Assembly (NCBI GenBank): GCA_965601925.1
Contig: OZ271854.1
Location: forward strand, 4,064,001-4,128,000
Direction: 5' to 3'
DNA from: Alkalispirochaeta sp.
GTDB lineage: Bacteria; Spirochaetota; Spirochaetia; DSM-27196; Alkalispirochaetaceae
DNA length: 64,000 nt
The notes beneath the pieces are model-generated. The model worked only from the letters and a program-made list of their open reading frames with translations. It was not told the origin of the DNA and ran no database searches. Of the stretch, positions 29,386-39,117 are shown one piece after another (the first letter of the stretch is position 1; each line of letters begins with the position of its first letter). Position numbers and translations under genes: made by a program.

Positions 29386-29554
29386 AGCGGGACCGGAAGA
29401 ACGATCGCGACGGCTGCACGCGCCGGCGAGTCCTCCACGGTAGCCGTGCTACCCACTTACTCCCGACGGTCGATCGCAGGACACCGTTGCTCGTTGCTTG
29501 CGCCGTCCGTTTCCCGTCGTGATACGAGATCCGATTGATAAGCCGAAGCACCCA

Positions 29555-31325
29555 CTAATCCACGCGATCCGTATCACCTGTCGAGTCGATACCCCGGATA
29601 ACATCCCGCTTTCCGATCACGAAATACATATCAATCTCGCCGCGATTTTTTGTCATAATCTTGCCTCTGTAGTCGCATGCGAAATGACTTCGTACTTTCT
29701 CGTATACTTCGAGAGATATGTTGATCTGACCCGGACGGCTGTTCGACTCCAGACGTGACGCGATGTTGACGACATCCCCCCAAATATCGTATGCAAATTT
29801 CCGACTACCGATGATACCGGCGACGACGGGACCGCAATGAACTCCGATACGGATCGGCCAGACACGTTTTTTCCGCCGCTCCCGCTCGCGATTGAAGTTT
29901 TCCATAAACGCCTTGATATCCCACGCAGCGTCCAGCAACCGGATGAGATGGCCGTCAACCGTCTCCGGGAGACCCGAGGCGCACATGTAGGAGTCCCCGA
30001 TCGTTTTAAGTTTTTCGATCCCGTGGCGCTCGACGATGGAGTCAAATGCCCTGAATATCGAATCGAGATCGGCTACAAGTTCTCCCGCGCTCATCTCCCG
30101 TGCGATACCGGTAAAGCCCTTGAAGTCGGTGAATAGCACACCCGCATCCGGAAAGAGAACGGGCTCCGACGTACCTGTTTCCTTAAGCTCCTCGGCGATT
30201 TTGTCCGGGAGAATGTTTCTCAGGAGTTCGTCTGTTCTCCGTTTCTCGTTCTCCAGGCTCTTGTTGAGAACTTCGAGTTGAGCCTTCTGTCTCTGTACCT
30301 CGCGCCGGGCCTCCTCTATTTCCCGACCGACCGTTCGTAGGATCGCCGTGTTATTATCCTTGAGATGCTCCAGCTCGACCCTATACCGTCGCTCCCGTTC
30401 AATTTGACGTGATAGCAACGCGCCGTCATCGGCATTCCCGTTCCCCTTTTCACGGTAGCGCCGCGGCGGGTTAACGTCTCTTTCACCGATGAGGAGCGTC
30501 ACCATGGTCATGTTGTGCAACTTCGAATGTGCGTCTTCCCGAATAGGCGCGAACTCGGCAAAAGCGTAATACCCCATTACGTTTGTTCCGCTCGCGTGCA
30601 CATCTTCGAGAATTTGCAATTCTTGATTAACACGGGTGCCGAGCATATCTTTCCGCGCGTGGCAGGAAAACACCAGGGCGGCTTCGGGTGTTCCCGCGAA
30701 ACTCCGCACCTGGCTGTTCGCCGTCGATCGCGTGGCATCCAGGATTCCATCCGGCGTGGCCTCGGATAGACGTACCATGGATCCGTTCGGCACCTCTCCG
30801 GCGAATGAAATCGAACCGTCGCGTTCATCAAACCCCGCCGACTACCACGCAATCACTCGAAAGACGGTCTTTGAGCGACAACAACACGTCGGGAATGCGT
30901 GTGGCGGTACCATCGGGAATGACAATGCAAATCTTGTCACGATGAATATCGTTATCGTCAAACCTGTTGAATGCCCGCGTAATCGCGCCGTCCGGGTCGT
31001 CGGAAATGCGCGATCCGAGGGAAGCGCGAAATCGAATGTGATCCGATGCGAATACCATGAGTCCCGCGGAAAACTCGCTAAACCCGAATGCCGAGGAAAA
31101 AACGCCCGATGTGGTACCGCCGATAAGCTGTATTCCCGGATACTTGTCGAGGACTGCCCTGAGCAGTATTTCGCCGCGAAAATCGACGTCGGCCATCAGT
31201 ATCCCGGCGTCCGGATCGACAGCGCCGAGTTGATCGTCGAGTTGGCGTAGAATTCTGTCTGCCACATCACCGGGATCGCTGCCTTCGGCGTGTCCGATCG
31301 CGGTTGTTAAAACACCCTCCGCCAC
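29555..31325 (-). pseudogene. FIST-domain class III adenylate cyclase, split by internal deletion/frameshift near 30830
   Basis: FIST-N ends VVGGV-stop; another frame resumes FDERDGSISFAGEVPNG (late FIST-C); cyclase motifs FTDFKGFT, KTIGDSYM, YDIWGDVVNIASRLES intact. Confidence 0.8.
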
Positions 31326-31424
31326 AACGGTGCCCCCACCATGAGTGTACGTATTCCAATCATAATGCTCAAGGAAGCGCTCTTACCGAGCGAGCCCCAT
31401 GGAGCGGCAAAGGCACCCCGTACG

Positions 31425-31916
31425 CTACGGGGGGAGGAGATGCTCGATCGCAACGTGGTAGCGCTCGGTCAGACGGTGCCCGATGAGAGAGCGATGGCAC
31501 GCCGCCGCGTCGCGCTCTACGCAGAGCAACGCCGCTACCTCACCGTTTTGCACTGCGGAGACGATCGGCCCGAGATCCGCGCGGTCGAGGATTTCGGTCG
31601 TGTAGCGCCGGGAATACTCAGCGGCGAGTCTTTGTCGTGAGCGTTTTCCCACACCTTGGCGCTCGTCCTCGGCGTACTGTAGCCGGCGCAACTCGGTGGT
31701 CGGCGCCAGTTCGGGGTGGTGTTGGTAGGCGATCCCCGCCCCTTCCGGAGCGGCTTGGAGGCGAAGCGAGTTCGCCCAAGCGTAATCGGGTCCGCGCACA
31801 CCACGGCGCTGGCGGACGTCGAGAAGCAGCTGCACTTCCGCCAGGCGCAGGCGCTCCAGAAAGGAATCACGATCAAAGCCGTACACACCGATCGTTACCA
31901 TTTTCAGTACTGACAT
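31425..31916 (-). CDS. DUF488-family protein
   Basis: TIGVYG, LLDVR, Y.H.PELAP, LLCVERDAAACHRSLI. Confidence 0.8.
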   Translation of the reverse strand: MSVLKMVTIGVYGFDRDSFLERLRLAEVQLLLDVRQRRGVRGPDYAWANSLRLQAAPEGAGIAYQHHPELAPTTELRRLQYAEDERQGVGKRSRQRLAAEYSRRYTTEILDRADLGPIVSAVQNGEVAALLCVERDAAACHRSLIGHRLTERYHVAIEHLLPP

Positions 31917-31979
31917 CACCGATCCATTGCTTCCGCGCCGCCCCACCCTCAATACCCGCCGAAGGGCGGCGCAACCGCA

Positions 31980-32381
31980 TCATGCGACGGCGGTCGCCTC
32001 AAGCTCGACCAACAGGGTCGGGATCGCCAGCCGCGTCACCCCGAGCATCGTGGTGGTAGGGGCCACCCCCGCTGCACCCAACCGCGCGGCCAGCACGCCG
32101 TAGTGCCGGAAGAGCAGGTCGACGTCGGTCGTGTACACGTTGAGCCGGACGACGTTCGCGAGGGACATGCCGGCCTCTCCGAGGAGCGCTTCCAGATTGT
32201 CGAGGCTCGCGGCTACCTGGGCCGCCATGTCCCCGGCGTGCCGCGGCGTACCGTCGCCGCCCATGGCCGTTTGTCCGGAGCAGTAGAGCGTCCGGGTGTG
32301 GCCGGAGACCGCTTCACCCTGGTTGTACCCCATCTCTTTCGACCACTCCCACGGGTTAACCGCCGTTCGTGTTGGTGCCAT
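31980..32381 (-). CDS. RidA/YjgF-family protein
   Basis: LYCSGQT, NVVRLNVYTTD, LVELEATA. Confidence 0.9.
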   Translation of the reverse strand: MAPTRTAVNPWEWSKEMGYNQGEAVSGHTRTLYCSGQTAMGGDGTPRHAGDMAAQVAASLDNLEALLGEAGMSLANVVRLNVYTTDVDLLFRHYGVLAARLGAAGVAPTTTMLGVTRLAIPTLLVELEATAVA

Positions 32382-32430
32382 ATCATCCTCCGTTCGATTC
32401 TTAGAGATGGTCGCCAGCGTAGCACCGAAT

Positions 32431-32449
32431 CATGACATCTCCTGTCGTG
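32431..32449. promoter_or_regulatory. Palindromic operator upstream of ridA
   Basis: CATGACA-TCTCC-TGTCGTG imperfect inverted repeat. Confidence 0.5.
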
Positions 32450-32487
32450 TATTCCGATGGTTTTCTCTCAATACGCGTGCCGATCGG

Positions 32488-33297
32488 TCAGTTACCCGTT
32501 TCCGGAACGAACTCGGTGAGTCGTTCAAACTTCGGGATCGCATCACGGTCGCCATAGATCATGAGTGCGGGTTGGCCGATGATTGGGTTTACGCCCGCCA
32601 ATACGTGCCAGTTGCGGTCGAGGTTCCTATACCAGTTCATACTGCCCATGAACCCCGACGTTTCGAAGGCGGAGACGAAAACGGCCAGCTCGCTCTCGCT
32701 CATTATGGGCTCACCGAGCGCCGTTTCCGCTCCGGCAAGACTGATCATAGCCATGCCCGGCTCCGGCGGCGCGGAGGGCACGTTCTTGCGGAACATGTTG
32801 CGAAGGAACCGGAATGTGTTCTCTTCTAACACCACGTCCGCGATGCCGGGCCGACGATTGAAGTGGACGAAATAGTAGTCGTCACCGAATACTTCTTCTA
32901 TCCACTCGATCCACGGTCTCTCTCCACGCTCTTGGTACGGCACACTGAGGTTGATTACTTCGTCGACACGGTTTGGATGCAATAAGGTCAGCCACCAAAC
33001 GACCATCGCCCCCCAATCGTGACCGACAAAGGTTGCGTCGTTGTAGCCGTAGTGATCGAGAAGGGCAACGAGATCACCGGACAGGTGTTCGATGTCGTAG
33101 TCCGTTACTTCGGTCGGACGGGATGAGTTGCCGTAACCCCGCTGGTTCGGGACGATGACGTGGTAACCCGCCTCCGCGAGAGCGGGCACCTGACGGCGCC
33201 ACGAAAAGGCGTGCTCGGGCCAGCCGTGACACAGCACGATCGGTTTCCCCGCATGTTCTCGGTCCGCTTCAAAGACTTCGAGCTCCACGCCGTTGAC
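32488..33297 (-). pseudogene. Epoxide hydrolase-like alpha/beta hydrolase, truncated
   Basis: HGWPE, GHDWG, NWYRN present; stops before the catalytic His region; in-frame stop just upstream of VNGVELEV. Confidence 0.75.
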
Positions 33298-33474
33298 GCC
33301 TCCCGGGTTTTAGGTGACAAACCATAGCGAACTCGAAGCCCATATGTTTCGTCGACGTTCGGCAACTCCCCGTGTTGTTCGTACATGTTCGATGCCTCCG
33401 CCAAGCTATAACGATGAACTAAACAGCATCAAACGTGAAGTCGGCGATGCGTCAGCAAACACTACCCGGAATTT

Positions 33475-33867
33475 TTATACCACTTCGGGCGGGTTGGGTT
33501 GCGGTAGCAACCCGACAAACAAACCGGGTCGCCGGATGAACGCGGTAACCCATACAACCACCAGGATAATCGCCGTTGCTACAAACGAACCGTCGTCGAT
33601 CATGTTGGCGGCGATCGCCCCACCCCAATACGCGCTTTGCAATAATAGGCCAACCGGGAGCGTCAGCGGAACAAGAAAGAGTATCGCGGTGATAATCTCT
33701 CCCACACCGATGAGCGCAATGTAGTCGCCCAACCCCATCACGACATAGGCATCCACAATCTCACCGCCCATGATTTTCCCGACACCGCCGCCGCTACCGC
33801 CGAAGGTCATCATCACGGTGATCGACCCGGCAAGAATCCAGCCGATAATTATCCTTGCTTTGCTCAT
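33475..33867 (-). CDS. DoxX-like membrane protein
   Basis: Four TM segments, IGVGEI, AYWGGAIA; GGGGAG RBS. Confidence 0.75.
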   Translation of the reverse strand: MSKARIIIGWILAGSITVMMTFGGSGGGVGKIMGGEIVDAYVVMGLGDYIALIGVGEIITAILFLVPLTLPVGLLLQSAYWGGAIAANMIDDGSFVATAIILVVVWVTAFIRRPGLFVGLLPQPNPPEVV

Positions 33868-33900
33868 ATCGATACTCCCCTAACGCCAACTACATATACT

Positions 33901-33945
33901 TGTTGACATCGACAACTTTATGTATAAAAGTTGCTGATGTCAACA
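33901..33945. promoter_or_regulatory. Double TetR-type operator
   Basis: TGTTGACATCGACAACTTT...AAAGTTGCTGATGTCAACA long inverted repeat between divergent doxX and tetR. Confidence 0.75.
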
Positions 33946-34094
33946 TCTTGAGAACGAGAGCGTTGTAGCACTGAAATCGGCTCAAATCGCCGGTACACGC
34001 GGTGCAAACCGAAACAAAGGAGCGGAACGATACCGTACAAAACCCTTGTTGCGATATGTGCGGTTATCGGGACATGGTAGAGTAGGTACGCGTC

Positions 34095-34787
34095 ATGGAT
34101 ATCGATTACCGCCAAAAGACCGACCGGTACCACCACGGGAGTTTGCGAGCGTCACTGATCGATGCCGGTATTGATCTGCTGGAAACGGGCGGTGAGGCCG
34201 AGGTCTCACTTCGAGCGGTGGCACGAATGGTCGGCGTGAGTCACAACGCGCCGTATCGACATTTTGCATCCAAAGACGAACTGATGGCCGCGGTCTGTAC
34301 AAAGGGCTACCGGACGCTGCAAAAGACCGTAATCGTCTGCGTTGAGCGCGCCTCAACGATCGATACCGCTCCGATCTACGCGGCTACCGAGGCGTACGTC
34401 GACTTTGTCGTCGCACATCCCGCGCTCACCGAGTTGATGTTGCGGAACCGCGCGTCCAACAGAAAAGAGCTGTTACCCGCGCGTTTGGCCGCGTTTGACG
34501 CGTTAGTACACGCGGTCTCGGCTTCCGGTATACCCGAGTCTGCGGACCCGGCCAACATCGCACTGTTGCTGTGGGCCACCGCGAACGGTGTTTTTCAGAT
34601 CTTCCAGAGTGAGCCGGCGATACCCCCCGCTACGCTCAAAGAGCGCATGCTGTCGTTCTTGGCGATAAGCATCGGGGCATATTGTCGGCATACCCCTCCG
34701 CCGGTCTGGCCGGTGTCCGGCGAACCGATTCGCACACCTCGGTCACGAGCAGCCGATGATACGGACCACGACCGCTCGGAAGCATAG
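34095..34787 (+). CDS. TetR/AcrR-family regulator
   Basis: YHHGSLR...SLRAVARMVGVSHNAPYRHFASKDEL. Confidence 0.92.
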   Translation: MDIDYRQKTDRYHHGSLRASLIDAGIDLLETGGEAEVSLRAVARMVGVSHNAPYRHFASKDELMAAVCTKGYRTLQKTVIVCVERASTIDTAPIYAATEAYVDFVVAHPALTELMLRNRASNRKELLPARLAAFDALVHAVSASGIPESADPANIALLLWATANGVFQIFQSEPAIPPATLKERMLSFLAISIGAYCRHTPPPVWPVSGEPIRTPRSRAADDTDHDRSEA

Positions 34788-34790
34788 ATA

Positions 34791-35060
34791 GCCGCCGGCC
34801 GTAAACGGGTCACGGTGCCGCTTCGGGTGGACCGAGGGCAACGAGAGACGCTGGGAAAAATCGCCTTGGCCGTCTCCCCCGAGGAGGAGGGTTGAACCGG
34901 CCGGCGAGAGCTGAAGGCTACTTTTCAGGACGCGCGACACGCCGAGTGGGCGCTGTGGTACCTTGCGACGGACGCGGAGGTGCTGACGCCGGAGTGGTTG
35001 CGTACCTCTCTTCGGGAACGTGCGGCGGCCGTGGCCGCACGGTATGGTCCGGGGCCTTGA
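34791..35060 (+). pseudogene. C-terminal relic of WYL/YafY-family regulator
   Basis: RVTVPLRVD...TFQDARHAEWALWYLATDAEVLTPEWLRTSLRERAAAVAARY with internal TGA at 34893. Confidence 0.7.
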
Positions 35061-35314
35061 CCGTCTCGGGTGGTATGGGGCAACACCCTGACATCGATCG
35101 ACAGCTTCACCCACGCACATTCTCTCTTGTGGAGCTCCTTTCTTTTTTCTTCATATCGGCCATGAAGTATGGATCACACACGGGTTGGGACGGCATACCG
35201 TGCTCAGGCTCAACGCGTCTGACACGCCGCGCCCACACGAGCCGAATCAAGGATGACGCCTTCGGTGCATTCGACGGCGACGCGCCCATAACGCCGATAC
35301 GTGGCCCATTCCTC

Positions 35315-35372
35315 TTAATAGATTTTTAAAATTTCTTGTCGTTTCTCACAGTTTTTTAACGGTTTCTATACG
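35315..35372 (+). promoter_or_regulatory. Putative Pho-box-like direct repeats
   Basis: 11-bp-periodic hexamers TTAATA/TTAAAA and CTCACA/TTAACG/TATACG upstream of alkaline phosphatase. Confidence 0.45.
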
Positions 35373-35435
35373 GAAAAGCGATGTGCCCCCGAGTACGCTG
35401 GCGGCGTCTTGGCGAAACACGGTTTAGGAGGAACC

Positions 35436-37022
35436 ATGAAACGAACTATACGACCGATAATCGGTATCGGAGTGCTTCTGGCAGCGCTCGCAACTACCGG
35501 ATGTGCGAGCTCTGCGGCGTCCGGCTCGGCGTCCCGGGAATCGACGGCCAAAAACGTCATTCTGCTGGTATCGGACGGCGCCGGATTCAACGGGTGGCTT
35601 GCAACCGACTACTACCAGGGTTTGGCAGGTCGCCAGTCCTATCAAGTTGCGCGTCCCGACAGCACCACGCCGGTGGTCTTCGGTCTTGCCCATGACTCAC
35701 TGAATCTGATCGATGGGGACGGTAATGTCCTCCCGAGCGGCACCGATCCGGCCGAGGCGGCGGGTGCGGTACTGCAGGGCTATGACCCCCAGACGCGCTG
35801 GAGCGAGTTCCAGGGCGCGTTCAGTAACGACTATGCGCCGGTCTCTCTGGCCTACACGTCCTACACCGACTCGGCCGCCGCCGGCACGACCCTCGTCAGC
35901 GGACGCAAGACCTCGAACGGCCGCCTCAACATGGACTGGACCGGGGAAATCCCGTTCCGCACGATCGCCCACATTGCCATGGACCACGGCAAAGCGGCCG
36001 GAGCCGTCTCCAGCGTGCAAGTCTCCCACGCCACACCGGCGGCCGTGGTTGCCCACAACATCTCGCGCAACAACTACGTCGAGATTTTTAACGAGATGGT
36101 GGACAGCGGCATGACCGTGCTCATGGGCGCGGGCCACCCCCTCTATGACGCAAGCGGCAACGCCGTCGAGCCGGAAGAGGAGCGCCCCTTCCGTTTCACC
36201 GGGGGACGCGAGACGTGGGACGCGCTGACCGGCGAAGAGGGGCTCAACGGCTATACGTTCATCGACGAACGGGCCGATTTTCAGGCCCTGGCGGCGGGTG
36301 AGGACCTGCCGGAGCGCGTTGTCGGCATCGCCCGTTCGAGCAGCACGCTGCAGGCCGGCCGCGGAGACCTGCCCGACGGCGACACGCCCTCGGGTATGGC
36401 GTTCAACGAGGATGTGCCGACGCTGGTCACGATGACCATCGGGGCGCTCAACGTGCTCAATCAGGACGAGGACGGCTTCTTCCTGATGGCCGAGGGTGGT
36501 GCCGTCGACTGGATGGGCCACGGCAACAACATGCCGCGTTTTATCGAGGAGCAGATCGACTTCAACCGGACGGTCGACGCGGTTATCGCGTGGGTCGAGG
36601 CCAACTCGAGCTGGGAGGAGACCCTGCTCATCGTCACCTCCGACCACGAGTGCGGCGGTATCTGGGGTGAAGGCACCTTCACCAATGGCGTGGGCGGGCC
36701 CGTTGCGGCGGATCGTAGCGACGAGGCGCTCCTTGCCGCCCGGTTCGACCCGGCGGAGGACACCTTTAACGAGTTTCTTGCGGTGCAGGATCGTGGAGCG
36801 GGCACCATGCCCGGCTATCAGTTCGCCTCGCGCAACCACACCAACGAGTTGGTCCCCCTGTGGGCGATGGGCCCGGGCGCGGAGAAGTTCGCGCAGTTTG
36901 CCAACACGGACCTCACGGCGGCACAGTTGTGGGGCGAGCCCTACGGCTGGGACGGCTCGTTCATCGACAATACGGCGGTCTTCCACGTCATGGATGAGGT
37001 GCTCGTAGCCGGAATGCGGTAG
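35436..37022 (+). CDS. phoA: Alkaline phosphatase (PhoA family), predicted lipoprotein
   Basis: NVILLVSDG, TDSAAAGT, HATPAA, EGGAVDWMGH, TSDHE, NHTN; TTGC lipobox; AGGAGG RBS. Confidence 0.9.
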   Translation: MKRTIRPIIGIGVLLAALATTGCASSAASGSASRESTAKNVILLVSDGAGFNGWLATDYYQGLAGRQSYQVARPDSTTPVVFGLAHDSLNLIDGDGNVLPSGTDPAEAAGAVLQGYDPQTRWSEFQGAFSNDYAPVSLAYTSYTDSAAAGTTLVSGRKTSNGRLNMDWTGEIPFRTIAHIAMDHGKAAGAVSSVQVSHATPAAVVAHNISRNNYVEIFNEMVDSGMTVLMGAGHPLYDASGNAVEPEEERPFRFTGGRETWDALTGEEGLNGYTFIDERADFQALAAGEDLPERVVGIARSSSTLQAGRGDLPDGDTPSGMAFNEDVPTLVTMTIGALNVLNQDEDGFFLMAEGGAVDWMGHGNNMPRFIEEQIDFNRTVDAVIAWVEANSSWEETLLIVTSDHECGGIWGEGTFTNGVGGPVAADRSDEALLAARFDPAEDTFNEFLAVQDRGAGTMPGYQFASRNHTNELVPLWAMGPGAEKFAQFANTDLTAAQLWGEPYGWDGSFIDNTAVFHVMDEVLVAGMR

Positions 37023-37046
37023 AGCGGCCCGGTCGATTGTTCTGCG

Positions 37047-37078
37047 AAGGTCCGCGCGTGTGTGCGGGCCTTTTTTTT
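37047..37078 (+). terminator. Intrinsic terminator
   Basis: AAGGTCCGCGC...GTGCGGGCCTT then T run. Confidence 0.75.
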
Positions 37079-37226
37079 CGGTCGTAGCGTGTGCAGTTCC
37101 GCACCATAGAACAGGCCCCAGTTTGTTCCCAGGACCATTCGGGAGTAGATTTCCCGTGGTTTGTACGTGGCGGTTCAACCATAGCGTACGAGAAGTACGT
37201 GAATCGGGAGGAGCTTTCAACCATTC

Positions 37227-37801
37227 ATGAGCACATCAAACAACATCCCCGTAGTCATCCTCAACGGATTCCTTGGGTCGGGCAAAACGACACTGTTCCA
37301 AAAACTCCTGTCTCAGGCACGGAAGAAGGGCATAACGGTTCGTGCCGTCGTCAATGATATGAGTGAACTGGATGTGGATGGGGCGCTCATTCGCGAGGCC
37401 TGTGGGAGGCGTGCCATCGGCATCTCGATCGGCGCATCCATCGGAGCAAGGGATTTTTCTGGCTCGCGACCCGAGACAAGTACTCGCTGCTGTGGAACCA
37501 ATCCGCGGGTGGAATCAGCCTGGGGATCGTCGGGTCGTGGCGAGCGGGAATCGTAGAAGATGAGAACCACGGTATCTCGGACATGGAGATCCAACTACTG
37601 AAAGAACAGCTCGCCGAGGCGCCGGGCCGGTTTGGTGATCGTCGGTGCGATGTGACGGTCATTGGAGATGTAAACCACGTGGATCGCTTTGCCGATGCCC
37701 TTACCTCGTGCTTTCTCACCGATGAGGAGATAGAGCTGTGGAAGGCCGGCCATGGTTTTGATGACCCGTGGCCAAAGAACATCGTCAGAATGGTAATTTA
37801 G
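37227..37801 (+). pseudogene. CobW/COG0523 metallochaperone GTPase with large internal deletion
   Basis: GFLGSGKTT...VVNDMSE joined out of frame near 37395 to CobW_C (LWEAC...RSKGFFWLA...FGDRR). Confidence 0.85.
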
Positions 37802-38301
37802 ACGGGCGAAACGTACTGTCGGCGCGGTCGTTTTCATTCGGAGCCTGCGAAGATTCACGGTACAACGACGTTGAGATTATTCCCACCGGGCCACTCGTTC
37901 CACGCGGGTTTCCGCGTGTTGTGTGACGGCTTCGCTACCTGAGGCCCGAAAAACAAACAGGGCTCCGACGCAACGACTCGGTTGTTTCGTTATGAAATCG
38001 TCACATTAAACAACGCCGTTCTGGACCGAAAGTCCCATGCGAAGTCGTTGGTCCATTGGCTTCCGTCCATCAAAAGGAGCGCACGGAACTGATATCGGCC
38101 CAGTCGTAGATGGCACTTTCGTCATTGAAATCTGACAATTGAATACCCATCGTGTTGGTTGTCCCATCAATGTTGAATGCTGTGGTAAGGACGTCCGGGT
38201 CGACAGTTTCGGTCGCATCCATCGATGAGCCTGCCACCCGGCTGTTTCGGCGTGGATTGAGCGGAGGCGGGCAACCTCATCGTTTGAACCTCTGAAGCCC
38301 C

Positions 38302-39073
38302 CTACTCGTACTCCACCGAGACAAGGGTGAGCCCGGACGCCGGCGCAACCGCAGGCGCGAGCTTCCGGTCACCGGTGGCCAGGAGCGACTTGATTCGACC
38401 GGCATCGACTTCGCCAAGACCGATCGCGACAAGTGAGCCAACCATAGCGCGGACCTGCTTCCAAAGGAACCCGTCCCCGCGGACTGTGATCTCCGTGACC
38501 GGACCACCGGCAAACTCGTTTCGCTCGATCGTGATTGAGTGCACGGTGCGCTCGGTGCTCTTTCCGAGCTTCGACTTTGTGAATCCGGAGAAATCGTGCT
38601 TGCCCACGAAGAGGCCGGCCACGGTTCTCATTGCCGGGATGTCGAGTGGTTGTTGCCGGCGCCACGCGAGACGTACGAGAAAAGGATTCGGAACAGGACC
38701 GTCGACGATCCGGTAGCGGTAGGTCTTCGCTACTGCGCGGTAACGGGCGTGAAACCGATCGGCAGCGTGTTCGATGGAAAGCACCGACACGTCACCGGGA
38801 AGCGCCCGGTTTATCTCCGGCAGGAGGCGAGCAAGATCGATCGCATTGGGCAGGACGACGCTTGCGACCTGGCCCTCGGCATGTGCGCCTGCGTCGGTAC
38901 GGCCCGAGCCATTGACTTGAACGTCGGACTGCTCACCCCCGGGTGACAACGGAAGCGATCGTCTCCTCCAGAGCGCCCTGGACGGTTCGGCCGTTACCGC
39001 GCTGCCACCCTTTGAATCGAGTGCCGTTGTAGGTGATCAGAAGCCGCCATGTACGTGTTGATGGAGCGTTCAC
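38302..39073 (-). pseudogene. truA: tRNA pseudouridine synthase A with single frameshift (or sequencing error)
   Basis: GTG 39073 ITYNGTRFKGWQ...TVQG in one frame, SGRTDAGAHA onward in the next; extra base in the G5 run at 38936-38940. Confidence 0.85.
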
Positions 39074-39117
39074 GCCGACTCCTCTTCCGACTCATAGCTC
39101 GTTGTTCGCCTTGAGCA

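Noticed and set aside
35697..37220. 507-aa antisense ORF over phoA, and similar long shadow ORFs (8129-9154, 21766-22983, 44587-45903)
   Set aside because: Opposite well-supported genes; expected from GC-rich codon bias; no motifs or RBS
37802..38300. Gene between CobW relic and truA
   Set aside because: Only a ~50-codon minus-strand fragment (MDATETVDPD...) without identifiable homology
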